The notes beneath the pieces were generated by a model. The model did not search any database and had not been told where the DNA came from. It saw only the letters and a list, made by a program, of their open reading frames with translations. DNA of 64,000 nucleotides from Squalus acanthias (lineage: Eukaryota): the NCBI GenBank assembly GCA_030390025.1, contig CM059432.1:108006001-108070000 (forward strand), read 5' to 3'. How positions within the stretch are numbered: position 1 is the first letter of the stretch; every line of letters begins with the position of its first letter. Position numbers and translations under genes: made by a program. Below, piece by piece: positions 12,718-26,300 of this stretch.

Positions 12718-13174
12718 TAAGATTGGGAAGTGAACAGCTGTGAAATGGTAGGTTTTATACCACTTTTGCAGCTGTCACCTATTCACAGCAATGGAGAGTC
12801 ATTGAGAACATGACATACTTACCTGACATGATACCCGCTCTCCGGGAACCTCGTTAGAAACCTGGTAAAATGGTAAGTACATGGGAAAATGGTGCTTAAC
12901 TACCTTTTCAAAAGCTTATAAGTATCTAAATTGGCTGACCCGCTGCTTGGTGTTGGATCTGTTTGGGGATGACAGACCCAACACTTGGGAAACTGATAAT
13001 CAGGTGGGTTTACAGCAGGATACCGATCCGCTGTCAATCTTTGTGATTTTGTCAGCGGACCCACCTCCAAACCCGTACTCTGAGCGCCAGTAAAATTCCG
13101 GCTGTTAACTCTGTTTCTCTCTCCACAGATGCTGCCTGACCTGCTGTGTATTTCCAGCATTTTCTGGTGATAAT

Positions 13175-14222
13175 GGGCCAAAAATTCGGCACTTGCCGGG
13201 TGAGTACGTGCTGTGTACTCACCCGTAAGGCCTCCTGAAGTGCCGGTTTCCTGCATGCACTGCACATGCGCGGGAAACCGGAACTTCCGGTCTTGTGAAG
13301 GGAGCGGTTCAGAGGTGAACCGCATGCACGGGAGAGGCTGCGCGCACGCAGCAAAATTAGTTTTTTTTTCAGGTTTCTCCGGGAGGGTATGTATTGAAGA
13401 AGCTGCGCTTTTAAAAAGGAGGCGCAGGACCCGTTTTCAACAAGGTAAGTGGTTAATTAATTACAATTAAAAAAATTTTCAACAGGTTTATCTTTTTTAG
13501 ATACTTTAAAGAAAGGTAAGTTTATTTTTAGCACTGTTAAAAAGTATTTTAATTTTTTCAAAAATTAAAATTTTTGTTTAAAGTAGTTAATTTATTTAAC
13601 TTACAGTTATTTTAAAAATGTGATGGTTTTAAAAAAAAATTATTTGAAGTTTAGGTGTTGTTTTGGGGCCGATTTCAATTCACAGATTTGTCCAAAAATG
13701 TGCGGGTTAGGTTGATTTGGCTATGATAAATTGACCCTTAGTGTTAGGGGGGGATTAAATATGTGGGGTTATGGGGATAGGATGGGATATGTTAGGGGGA
13801 ATTAAATACGTGGGGATAGGGTGGGATAGGTGCAGGCTCGATGTGGGGATTCTGTGTGAGAAAGCAGGGACAGGGTACTGGATTTGGATGATCAGCCATG
13901 ATCGTATTGAATGGTGGAGCAGGCTCGACGGGCCGAATGGCCTACTCCTGCTCCTAGTTTCTATGTTTCTATGTTTCTATGTCCTGTCAAATCTATGAAT
14001 GAAAGATGGTCTGCTGCCATTGGCTCTCCATGGCCCACGTGATCCCAGGGGACGCATCGCACTAACTACGCCCCTGGGATACACAAGCACTGCGCGCCGG
14101 CAGTTGGGGGAGGCCCAGGAGCTGAAGTCCCCGTGGGCCCAGGGGTCAACGGCAGGCGCGGTAGGTAGGTGCGCGCGGGATCCTTGCACCCGCGGGAAGC
14201 CAGGGAGCCGAATTTCTGGGCC
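13175..14222. mobile_element. Harbinger-type MITE containing a V-SINE
   Basis: TIRs gggccaaaaattcggc / gccgaatttctgggcc. Confidence 0.7.
13690..13981 (+). mobile_element. 5'-truncated HE1-like SINE with a compound tail
   Basis: Matches the 62500 copy body; ends in (TTTCTATG)3. Confidence 0.85.
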
Positions 14223-14483
14223 ATTGTTTTCGATTGGCAATGTCAATTAGGAAGGACCAAGGAATATTTTGCAATCTTTCATTATGAGAACCAAATGAAA
14301 ACAATGATTATAACTTGAGTCAGAAAGTATAGGAGTCATGATCAATAAGTTATGCAGCAATAAAAAGGAAACTGGGACATATTAAAGTTACAGAATAGAA
14401 TATAATGGAATGTGTTAAAATGGAAAGCAAAGTAATTCAGATAAAGCTATAACCTGTGAAAGGTTTGTTAGAATTTCAGAGTC

Positions 14484-14830
14484 AACAACAAGAACAACTT
14501 GCATTTATATAGTGCCTTTAATGTAGTAAAACATCCCACGCATGTCACAGGAGCCTTATCAGACAAAATTTGCCACTGAGCCACATAAGGAGAAATTAAG
14601 ATAGGTGACCAAAAGCTTGATCAAAGAGGTAGGTTTTAGTGAGTGTCTTAAAGGAGGAAAGAGAGGCGGAGCAGTTTAGGGAGGGAATTCCAGAGCTTAG
14701 GGCCTCGGCAGCTGAAGGCACGGCCACCAATGGTGGGGTGAAGGAAATAGGGGATGCACAAGAGGCAAGAATTGGAGGAACACAGAATTCTCAGAGGGTT
14801 GTAGGGCCGGAGGAGGTTACAGAGATAGGG
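14484..14830 (-). mobile_element. L2-like LINE 3' part, resuming at about 18168-18260
   Basis: ORF 14648..14854 ..TIGGRAFSCRGPKLWNSLP.. is an L2-type C-terminus. Confidence 0.75.
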
Positions 14831-17800
14831 AACATAGGAACAAGAGTAGGCCATTCAGCCCCTCGAGCCTGTTATGCCATTCAATGAGATCATGGCTGAT
14901 CTGTATCTTAACTCCATCCACCTGCTTTGGCTCCATATCGTTTTATAACCTTTTCTAGCAAAAATCTATTGAACTCAGATTTAAAGTTATTAACTGAGCT
15001 AACATCAACTGCTTTTTGTGGGAGAGAGTTCTACACTTCTACCACCTTTTGTGTGAAAAAGTGTTTCCTAATTTCTCTCTTGAATGGCCTGGCTCTAATT
15101 TTAAAGTTATGTCCCCTTGTCCTAGAATCCCCTACCAGCTGAAAAAGTTTCTCTACCTACCCTATCCATTCCTTTCAAAATCCTAAAAACCTCAATCAAA
15201 TCACCACTGAACGTTTTATATTCCAGGGAATACAAACCCTAGTTTATGTAATCTCTCATCATAATCTCACCCTTGGAGCCCTGGGAACATTCTGGTGAAT
15301 CTGCACTACACTCCTTCCAAAGCTTTTCTAAGGTGCGGTCTCCAGAACTGCACACAGTACTCCAGATGTCATCTAACCAGGGCTTTGTATAACTGTAGCA
15401 AAACTTCCTCCCCTTTATATTCTAGCCCCATTAGCCTTTTTGATTATTTTTTGTACCTGACTACTGCATTTTAGTGATCTGTGTACATGGACCCCTAAAT
15501 CTCTTTCGACCTCCACTGTTTTTAGCTTTTCACCATTTAAATAATACTCGGATATACCCTTTCTTGTCCACAATGGATGACCTCAAAATTACCTGCGTTG
15601 AAATTCATCTGCCACAGTTTTGCCCACTCGCTTAATCTATCAATGTCTCTTTGTAATTTTATGCTCCCATCTACATTACTTATTATGCCACCAATCTTTG
15701 TGTAATCGGCAAACTTGGATATATGGCTCTCTATTATGTTATCTAAGTTATTAATAAATATAGTGAATAGTTGAGGCCCCAGCACAGATCCTTATGGGGC
15801 ACCACTGGTCACTTTCTTCCAATTCGAGTACACACCCATTATCCCTACTCTCTGTCTTCTACCGCCTAACCAATCTCCTAACCAGGTCAATAATTTGCCT
15901 TCAATTCCATGAGCTTTAATTTTAGCCAACAGTCTCTTACGAGGGACTTTATCAAATGCCTTCTGGAAGTCCATATAAACTACATCCACAGACATTCCCC
16001 TGTCTACTACTTCAGTTACTTCCTCAAAAAATTCAATTAGGTTTGTTAGACATGACCTACCCTTTACATGTTGGCTCTTTCTAATCAGATCAAATTTCTC
16101 CAAGTGCTCAGCCACTCTGTCCTTTGTCCTTAATTACAGGATCCAATAACTTCCCCACAACAGATGTTAGACTAACAAATCTATAATTTCTGGTTTCTCT
16201 CTCTCACCTTTCTTAAATAATGGAGTTACATTTGCAATTTTGCAATCTAAAGGGACAATTCCTGAATCAAGAGAACTTTGGAAGATTATGGCTAAAGCAT
16301 CTGCAATTTCCTCACCTATTTCCTTTAAAAAAGGTATACAATGTTGCAAAGATTAGTGGTAGGCCAGAGGATTGGGAAATTTTTAGAAACCAGCAAAGGA
16401 TGACTAAAAAAATAATAAAGAGGGAGAAGATAGAGTATGAGAGTAAACTAGAAAAAATATAAAAACAGACAGTAAGAGCTTCTACAGGTATACAAAAAGG
16501 AAGAGAGTAGCTAAAGTAAACGTTGGTCCCTTAGAGGATGAGACTGGGGAATTAATAATGGGAAACAGGGAAATGGCAGAGACTTTGAACAAATATTTTG
16601 TATCGGTCTTCATGGTAAAAGACACTAAAAGCATCCCAATAATAACTGATAATCAAGGGGATATAGGGAGGGAGGAACTTAAAACAATCACTATCGCTAG
16701 AGAAAATGTACTAGGCAAACTAATGGGACTAAAGGCCTGCATCCTAGGGTCTTAAAAGAAGTGGCTGCAGAGATAGTGGATGCGTTGGTTATAATCTACC
16801 ACATCTGGAGTACTGCGTACAGTTTTGGTCTCCTTATTTAAGGAGGGATATACTTGCATTGGAGGCAGTTCAGAGACGTTTCACTGGGTTGATTCTGGAG
16901 ATGAAGGGGTTGTCTTATGAAGAAAGGTTGAGCAGGTTGGGCCTATTCTCATTGGGGTTTAGAAGAATGAGAGGTGATCTTATTGAAACATATAAGATTC
17001 TAAGGGGGCTTGACAGGGTAGATGCAGGGAGGCTGTTTCTCCTCGTGGGGGAATCTAGAACTAGGGGGCATAGTTTCAGAATAGGGGGTTGCCCATTTAA
17101 AACGGAAATGAGGAGGAATTTCTTTTCTCAGAGTGTCGTGAATCTTTGGAATTCTCTACCCCAGAGAGCTGTGGAGGCAGAGTCATTGAATATATTCAAG
17201 GTGGAGATAGACAGATATTTGAGCTTCAGGGGAGTCAAGGGTTATGGGGAGCAGGTGGGAAAGTGAGTTGAGGCCAAGATCAGATCAGCCATGATCTTAT
17301 TGAATGGCGGAGCAGGCTCGAGGGGCCAATGGCCTACTCCTGCTCCTACGTCTTATGTTCTTATTATAAAACCCTGGGCTGGGAACCATCGGGTCCTGGG
17401 GATTTGTCAGTCTTTAGTGCCATTATTTTTTCTAATACTGTTTTAATTGGTTACGTTATCTTCAGTGAGTTCAGTCCTTGATTCATTATTAATTTCCCTG
17501 GAATGCCAGACATATTATCCTCTTCCTCTACTGTGAAGACTGACACAAAGTAATTATTCAAAAAGTCTGCCATTTCCTTACTTTTATTTGCAATATTACC
17601 CCTATCTGTTTTTAAAGGGCCCACATTATCCCTGACTACCCTTCACTAATAACATTTTAAAAACTTTTTGTGTTAATCTTGATATCCCTCGCAAGTTTCT
17701 TTTCATATTCCCTTTTTGCTGCTGTTACTATCTTTTCTGTTTTCCTTTGCTATTCTTTATATCTCTCCCAGTCCTCTGGATTTACACTATTCTTTGCACT

Positions 17801-18165
17801 TTTATATGCTCTTTCCTTTAGTTTTGTTATCTCTCACCTCTTTTGTCATCCATGGCTGTTTTATTTGGTAAGTAGAGCTCTTTCCCCTTAGGGGTATTTA
17901 CTGGTGCTGTATCAAGCTAAACACCCCCCACTGCTCATCTGTAGTTTTAATTGATAACAATTTTGACCAGTTTGCTGTTGTCAGTCACTGTCTCATCCTA
18001 TTAAAGTTAGCCTTATTAAAGTCTAGAATCTTAGTAACTGTGTTAAGTTTCAAACCTAACATTAAATTCGATCACATTTAGATCACTGTTAGATAAATGT
18101 TCCCTTACTGTTAACTAAGTCTGGCTCATTACTTATTATTAAATCTAGTATGGTGTGCCCTCTTG
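14830..18165 (-). mobile_element. Degenerate CR1 LINE split by an opposite-strand CR1
   Basis: RT fragments ([33 protein letters not shown]); resumes at 17366 after a taaaa duplication. Confidence 0.88.
16332..17365 (+). mobile_element. CR1 LINE with a large internal deletion
   Basis: Linker-region ORFs 16220/16558 jump at about 16800 directly to the C-terminal ORF 16859..17266 and the 3' UTR. Confidence 0.85.
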
Positions 18166-18600
18166 TTAGGAGGGGTGAGGCCATGGAGAGAATTTTAAAT
18201 GCGAGGCGTTGCTGGACTGGGAGCCAATGTAAGTCAACAGACACAGGTGTGATGGGTGAAAAGCTTCAATGGAAAAGAGAAAAGGTGATTTGGCTGATTA
18301 AAGCTCATTGCTCTGGCACTTTAACTCTCCCATTGAAGCCCAGCACTCTAGTACCTTAAATCTCACAGCTAAGTCTATCTTTCTACTACATTAACTGTCT
18401 CAATGATGCTCTTTCTCTAGTAAATTGATTGCTCCATTGAAGCTGTCCCCCTGTTCATTAACTCTTCCATTGAAGCTTATTCCACTGAAGCTTGCCCCTG
18501 GTATAGCAGGCTCAGGAAATTTTAGCCCCAAATTAGCAATGCCAATTTGCTCCAAAATTAACAGAAGTAACAACACCTCTTTGTGACCTCCTGAAGAAAG

Positions 18601-20072
18601 TTATTTTTTATTTGTTCCCGGGATGTGGGCGTCACTGGCAAAGCCAGCATTTATTGGCCATCCCTAATTGCCCTTGAGAAGGTGGTGGTGAGCTGCCTAC
18701 TTGATTGAACCGCTGTACTCCGTGTGGTGAAGGTACTCCCACAGTGCTGTTAGGGAGGAAGATCCAGGGCTTTGACCCAGCGACGGTGAAATAACAGCGA
18801 TATATTTCCAAGTCAGGATGGTGTGTGACTTGGAGGTGGTGGTGTTCCCATGTGCCTGCTACCCTTGTCCTTCTAGGTAGTAAAGGTTGTGGGTTTGGGA
18901 GGTGCTGTCGAAGAAGCCATGGCGAGTTTCTGCAGTGCATCTTGTAGATGGTACACACTGCAGCCACGGTGCGCCAGTGGTGGAGGGAGTGAATGTTTAA
19001 GGTGGTGGATGGGATGCCAATCAAGCGGGCTGCTTTGTCCTGGATGGTGTCAAGCTTCTTGAGTGTTGTTGGAGTTGCACTCATCCAGGCAAGTGGAGAG
19101 TATTCCATCACACTCCTGACTTGTGCCTTGTAGATGGGGAAAAGGCTTTGGGGAGTCAGGAGGTGAGACACTCGCCGCAGAATACCCAGCCTCTGATCTG
19201 CTCTTGTAGCCACAGTATTTATGTGGCTGGTCCAGTTAAGTTTCTGGTCAATGGTGATCCCCAGGATGTTGATGGTGGGGGATTCGGCGATGGTAATGCT
19301 GTTGAATGTCAAGAGTTGGTGGTTAGATTCTCTCTCGTTGGAGATCGTCATTGCCTGGCACTTGTGTGGGGTGAATGTTACTTGCTACTTATCAGCCCAA
19401 GCCTGAATATCCTCCAGGTCTTGTTGCATGCACGTAGGGATTGCTTCATTATCTGAGGAGTTGCGAATAGAACTGAACACTGTGCAATCATCAATGAACA
19501 TCCCCACTTCTGACCTTATGATGAAGTTGAGGTCATTGATGAAGCAGCTGAAGATGGTTGGGCCTAGGACACTGCACTAAGGAACTCCTGCAGTGATGTC
19601 CTGGGGCTGAGATGATTGGCCTCGAACAACCACAACCATCTTCCTTTGTGCTAGGTATGACTCTAGTCAGTGGAGAGTTTTCCCCCTGATTCCCATTGAC
19701 TTAAATTTTACTAGGGCTCCTTGATGCCAGACTCGGTCAAATGCTGTCTTGATGTCAAGGGCAGTCACTTTCACCTCACCTCTGGAATTCAGCTCTTTTG
19801 TCCATGTTTGGACCAAGGCTGTAATGAGGTCTGGAGCTGATTGGTCCTGGCGGAACCCAAACTGAGCATCGGTGAGCAGGTTATTGGTGAGCAAGTGCCA
19901 TTTTATAGCACTGTCGACAACACCTTCCATCAGTTTGCTGATGATTGAGAGTAGACTGATGGGGTGGTAATTGGCCGGATTGGATTTGTCCTGCTTTTTT
20001 GTGGACAGGACATACCTGGGCAGTTTTCCACTTTGTCGGGTAGATGCCAGTGTTGTAGCTCTACTGGAACAG
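18601..20072 (-). mobile_element. CR1-group LINE of a second lineage (Zenon/Crack-like), RT region to 3' end
   Basis: ORFs 19667..20140 (NYHPISLLS, QFGFR, ALDIKTAFDRVWH) and 18632..19351 (IYKAQVRSVMEYSPLAW, SLHHWRTVAA). Subclade assignment tentative. Confidence 0.8.
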
Positions 20073-20149
20073 TATGTTGTAGCTGACTTTACATGAGTTT
20101 GCCACCATAAGAAGTGTCTGGTTGACAGCAAGAAGATCATCTTTCAAGC

Positions 20150-21000
20150 ACCAGTACCAAGTACTTGGATGCAGTTCATTGAAGCCACTTCAGAATCCAA
20201 AGAAATCTTTGGAAAGCTAAGAATGTGACTTACTGGCCTCTGAATGACAAGGACAGAGGGACATACGTATCAAGCTGTGATGTATGCCAGTAGTTTCAGG
20301 CCAAACAACAAAAGGAACCGCTTTTGAGATAACAAATACCAGAAAAAGCCCGGGAGAAAAGTATGTTTGAAGTGGATGGAAAAATCTGCCTCACGCTCAG
20401 ATGATTACTCTGATTGGTTTGAATTAGATGAACTGTCTGATTTAAACATGGAAAGAAGTCATAGGCACAAGATGAAAGCTCATCTCACATGCCGTAGTGT
20501 TCAAAATGAGTTTATGTCAAACAATGGACCACCATTTAACTCAAGGTAATTCTAATAGTTTGCACAACAATATGAGTTCAGCCATGTCACCATCTCACCA
20601 AGGTATCCACAATCAAATGGCAAGAACACTGTTAGAATTGGAAAGGCACTATGACAAAAGGACACAATACTTGTACCCTCACCTCACTCTCTGCAATATG
20701 GACAACCCACCAACTGAAACCAAGTAACTCCTCCCTACAGCAAATCGACTTATGAATATAAGTGATGTAGCTCAGAATAGGCAACCAGGCCCTGTTCTAT
20801 CAGAAGGAACTAAAGAGCTTGATAACCTTTAGAGGTGGAGAAGTTGTCAGAATTCAACCAATAGGAAAAAGGGCAATGGATGCCCACACAAGCGCAACAG
20901 TAAGTGGATGTCAGATCCTATAATGTTAAGGGCTGAAGCTGGGAAGGTGATTAACAGGAACTGGCGATACCTGAAGAAAATAGAATCGCCATGAGTGGAG
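20150..21000 (+). mobile_element. Degenerate Ty3/gypsy integrase relic
   Basis: Broken motifs YVSSCDVCQ, DDYSDWFE, SNNGPPFNS and SPRYPQSNG (about 20588-20620). Confidence 0.75.
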
Positions 21001-22222
21001 AAACTTGAGAATCTGGTTATACACTTTGTAACACAAGTGGGGCTACCCAGCCAGACCACAGTAAACACACCATAGGCTCCAACAGAAGAAAAGATCGTGG
21101 CCTGTAATCAACAAAACAGCGAGTTGGGACTGTCATTAAACCTCTGATGGAAAAGGTGTAACAATACTGTGTAATGATTTCATCAATATGACTTTAGATG
21201 AACTGTTAATTCTAGAACTGTCAGATGTTACAGTTAACACCGATTTTATTGTTGTCAAAGAAATATTCTTATTTAAAAGTTTAATTTATTTTCAGGAGGG
21301 AAACATTGGTGTAACTTTGGCTGAGAATTTAACCGAATCTCCTTCTGCTCCGCTTCCGTAATGTTGCCAGATGTATGGCGGAAACTCCGTTTACAGATCT
21401 GGACAGGGTTTCTGCTGTACTCCTGGTGAAGTTATGGTGGCGGAGTGGGAGCAGCTCCGAGGAAATTGCGGGCCATTGTCTCCATAGTTAAGTACAAGAA
21501 GTTGCTTGACCATTCAGACTTCAAATTGTTTGTATGATTGACATCTGCATCAATAAGCAACAATGAAGCTCCAAAGTCTTTTCTAGTTTGCTACTAACTG
21601 AACCTAATAACAAATACTACAGATCGGTCATGCTCTGCCATAGCTGCTGATCAAAAGGAAATAGCCTTAACTCCTGGAGGGCAATAACACTAGCCTTTCA
21701 AGTAGACATTGTTGTGAAAGATGATGCCCTAATTCCGACCCTATGATGGTGCATGTATTAAAAGTTATTTCCCCTGGTGGCTCAGCAAGTTTATTTAGTG
21801 AATAACATAGCCATACAGACCAAGACCGATGCCAGGTTCAATCCCTATGCTGATCTCGGCTACGATTGGCCTCAGCACCTCAGAGTTGGGGAGGGTGAAT
21901 AAAAACAAAACAGCCAGGATCCTGCTCCTGATTGTTATGCAGAGATCCCCAACTAGGAGCGTGCATATGTGGAAGGAAAAAAAAGAGAAATAAGTTCTTA
22001 CTCCTTGTAATAATTATGTATTCAAAACCAAGATAAGGAATAGTTGGATAGAAGGTTATGGCCTCAAAAGAGGACATGGATGTGCGGACTACATCCTCAC
22101 ACCAAGACAGATGATTGAAAGGTACTGGGAGTATCAAATAAAAACCCGTGCTGTGCTTTTAAACTGTAAACAATACTGAACGAGTGGTAGAAATTCAGAG
22201 ATGGAACATCGCATTGTAAGAT

Positions 22223-22665
22223 GTCAGCCCTTGGCTCAGCGGTAGCACCCTTGCCTCTGAGTCAGAAGGTTGCGGGTTCAAGTCCTGCTCCAGAGACTTG
22301 AGTGGGCACTTCAGTGCAGTCCTGAGGGAGTCAGAAGCGCCGTCTTTCAGATGAAATATTAAACCAAGGCCCTGTCTGCCCTCTCAGGTAGACATAAAAG
22401 ATTCCATCGCACTATTTTGAAAATGAGCAGGGAAGTTTTCCCCAGAGTCCTGGTCAATATTTAACCCTTAACCAACATCACCAAAACAGATTTTCTGGTC
22501 ATTATCTCAATGCTGTTTGTAGGACCTTACTGTGTGCAAATTGCTGCAGCATTTTCTACATTACAACAGTGACTACACTTCAAAAGTACTTCATTGGCCG
22601 TAAAGTACCATGGGACGTCCTGAGGTCATGAAAGGTGCTATATAAATGCAAGTTCTTTCTTTTTT
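22223..22665 (+). mobile_element. Near-full DeuSINE (SacSINE1-like)
   Basis: tRNA-like head (tggctcagcggtagc...ggttcaagtcc), Deu-like body and tatataaatgcaagttctttc tail. Confidence 0.8.
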
Positions 22666-23370
22666 TCTTAAAAGGATTGCAATGGTCAGCGTATAGATAT
22701 GACAGAATACCAATATCCTTGGAAGGTGATGGAAAAGGTTCCTGCTAGGAAAAGATCATTTGGAAGTATAAAGCTGAGATGATAGGGCTGTAAATGGAAT
22801 GACCCAAATGGAAGAATGATGATGCACAGGCACCAGCAGGAACTGACAGAGGGGAGAGAACAATGGCAAGGTTGTGTGGCATCTATAGCGAGTCTGTTTA
22901 CGAGAACTGACTGACTGGTTTATCTTGTATGGTGAAAGGGTCAGTAGTCATTCAAATGACAAGAACAGATGAGGAAGGGGGAGATTTGATATAAGGTAGG
23001 TGGAGCTTACTGTTCTCATTCTTGAAACTGTACTCCCAAAAGAATGGAGAAAGAACTCAATAATTTAGCTATGGCAATTTTTGGCAAGAGATCAGTGCTG
23101 CACAAAAAGGAGAAACTCTAGATTAATTTATCTTATTTAGTATAAAAATATTGGTGGGTTTTCCTTTGCAGCAATTTCATTGGCCAATATCGATCATGGG
23201 CCACTTCTGTGTGCAGTTGATCTTGCGTCCTGGTTGTTTTGTTTTTGATTGAGAAAGCTCTGGGGCAATGGTAATAAAGGCAGGCCAGAAGTGGATGAGT
23301 TATGTTGGTCTCTGGTAACCATGTAACTGATTCTATGGTAACTATTGTTCTTTGAGCTTTGATTGGTCTG

Positions 23371-26300
23371 TACATAGGAACATAGCAACAGGAGTAGGCC
23401 ACTGAGCCCCTTGAGCCTGTTCTGCCATTCAATGAGATCATGGCTGATCTGTGACCTAACTCCATATACTCGCCTTTGGCCCATGTCCCTTAATACCTTT
23501 GGTTAACAAACGTCTATCCATCTCAGATTTAAAATTAACAATTGATCTAGCATCAACTGCCATTTGCGGAAGAGAGTTCCAAACTTCTACCAACCTTTGT
23601 GTGTAGAACTGTTTCCTAATTTAACTCCTGAAAGGTCTGGCTCTAATTTTTAGACTATGCCCCCTGGTCCTAGACTCCCCAACCAGCGGAAATAGTTTCT
23701 CTCTATCTATTCTATCTGTTCCCCTTAATATCCTGAAAACTTCGATCAAATCACCCCTTAACCTTCTAAATTCTAAGGAATAAAACCCTAGTTTGTGTAA
23801 TCTCTCCTCGTAACTGAACCCTTGGAGTCCGGGAATCATTACATAGAACATAGAACATAGAACAGTACAGCACAGTACAGGCCCTTCGGCCCTCGATGTT
23901 GTGCCGAGCATTGTCCGAGACCAAGATCAAGCTATCACACTCCCTATCACTCTGGTGTGCTCCATGTGCTTATCCAATAACCGCTTGAAAGTTCCTAAAG
24001 TGTCCGACTCCACTATCACAGCAGGCAGTCCATTCCACACCCCAACCACTCTCTGAGTAAAGAATCTACCTCGGACATCCCTTCTATATCTCCCCCCATG
24101 CACCTTATAGTTATGCCCCCTTGTAACAGCTGCCTCTACCCGAGGAAATAGTCTCTGAACATCCACTCTATCTATCCCCCTCATCATCTTATAAACCTCT
24201 ATTAAGTCGCCTCTCATCCTCCTCCGCTCTAAAGAGAAAAGCCCCAACTCCCTCAATCTTTCCTCATAAGACCTCCCCCCCAAACCAGGCAGCATCCTGG
24301 TAAATCTCCTTTGCACTCTTTCCAATGCTTCCACGTCCTTCCTATAGTGAGGTGACCAGAACTGCACACAATATTCCAAATGTGGTCTCACCAAGGTCCT
24401 GTACAGTTGCAGCATAACCTCACGGTTCTTAAACTCAAACCCTCTGTTAATAAACGCCAACACACCATAGGCCTTCTTTACTGCTCTATCCACTTGAGTG
24501 GCAACCTTCAGAGATCTGTGGATATGAACCCCCAGATCCCTCTGCTCCTCCACGTTCCTCAGAACCCTGCTGTTGACCCTGTAATCCTTATTCAAATTTG
24601 CCCTACCAAAATGAATCACCTCGCACTTATCAGGGTTAAATTCCATCTGCCATTTTTCGGCCCAGCTCTGCATCCTATCAATGTCTCTTTGCAGCCGACA
24701 ACAGCCCTCCACCTCATCCACTGCTCCACCAATCTTGGTGTCATCAGCAAATTTACTGATCCACCCTTCAGTCCCCTCCTCCAAGTCATTGATAAAAATC
24801 ACAAACAGCAGAGGACCCAGCACCGACCCCTGTGGCACACCGTTGGTAACTGGTCTCCAGTCCGAAAATGTTCCATCCACCACCACCCTCTGCCTTCTAT
24901 GAGATAGCCAGTTACTTATCCAATCGGCCAAATTTCCCTCTATCCCACAACTCCTTACTTTCTTCATGAGCCGACCATGGGGAACCTTATCAAACGCCTT
25001 ACTAAAATCCATGTATACGACATCAACTGCTCTACCTTCATCTACACACTTAGTTACCTCCTCAAAGAATTCAATCAAATTTGTTAGGCAAGACTTACCC
25101 TTCACGAATCCGTGTTGACTATCCCTGATTAAGTTGCCCCTTTCCAAATGGTCATAAATCCTATCCCTCAGGACCTTTTCCATTATCTTACCAACCACCG
25201 AAGTAAGACTAACCGGCCTATAATTACCAGGGTCATTCCTATTTCCTTTCTTGAAGAGAGGAACAACATTCGCCACTCTCCAGTCCTCTGGCACCATTCC
25301 CGTGGACAGTGAGGACCCAAAGATCAAAGCCAGAGGCTCTGCAATCTCCTCCCTTGCCTCCCAAAGAATCCTAGGATATATCCCATCTGGCCCAGGGGAC
25401 TTATCGATCCTCTGGTAAACCTACGCTGCACTCCCTCCAAGGCCAATATATCCTTCCCAAGGTGTGGTGCCCAGAACTGCTCACAGTACTCCAGGTGTGG
25501 TCTAACCAGAGCTTTGTATAGCTGCAGCATAACTTCTACCCCCTTGTATTCTAGTCCTCTAGATATAAAGGCTAGCATTCCATTACCCTTTTTGATTATT
25601 TTCTGTACCTGTTCATGACATTTTAATGATCTATGTACCTGGACCCCCAAGTCTCTTTGGACCTCCACTGTTTTTAGCTTTTCACCATTTGGAAAGTACC
25701 CTGTTCTATCCTTTTTAGGACCAAAGTGGATGACCTCACATTTGCCTACATTGAAATCCATTTGCCACAGTTTTGCCCATTCACTTAATCTATCAATATC
25801 CCTTTGTAATTTTATGCTTTTGTCTACACTGCCTACAATGCTGCCTATCTTTGTGTCATCGGCAAATTTGGATATATGTCTTTCTATGCCATCATCTAAG
25901 TCGTTAATAAATACTGTGACTAGTTGAGGCCCCAACACAGATCCCTGTGGGACACCACTAGTCACATCCTGCCAATTAGATTACCTGCCCATTATCCCTA
26001 CTCTCTGTCTCCTGCCGCTCAGCCAATTTCCTAACCAGGTCAATAATTTGCCTTCAATTTCATGGGCTTCCACCTTAGTTAACAGTCTCTTATGTGGGAC
26101 TTTATCAATGCCTTCTGGAAGTCCATATAAATAACATCCATAGACAATTGCCTGTCCACTACTTTAGTCACCTCCTCAAAAAATTCAATCAGGTTTGTCA
26201 GGCATGTCCTACCTTTCACAAATCCATGCTGGCTCTCTCTGATCAACTGAACATTTTTGAGATGTTCAGTCACCCCATCCTTAATTATAGACTCTAGCAA

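Larger units (their letters stand above)
9328..13103 (+). mobile_element. Harbinger derivative carrying Myb/SANT exon 1, containing a nested copy of its own family
   Basis: Imperfect TIRs ggccgcgatttcac / gtaaaattccggct; ctt/gtt 3-bp TSD; ORF 9493 APKLSHDSLHMLMEGVTARREVLFP..AWLHIAQE..QWHKPFNDL. Confidence 0.8.

Noticed and set aside
23927..25327. Standalone reverse transcriptase gene or retron-like system
   Set aside because: Ordinary 5'-truncated CR1 ORF2 with a CR1 tail.
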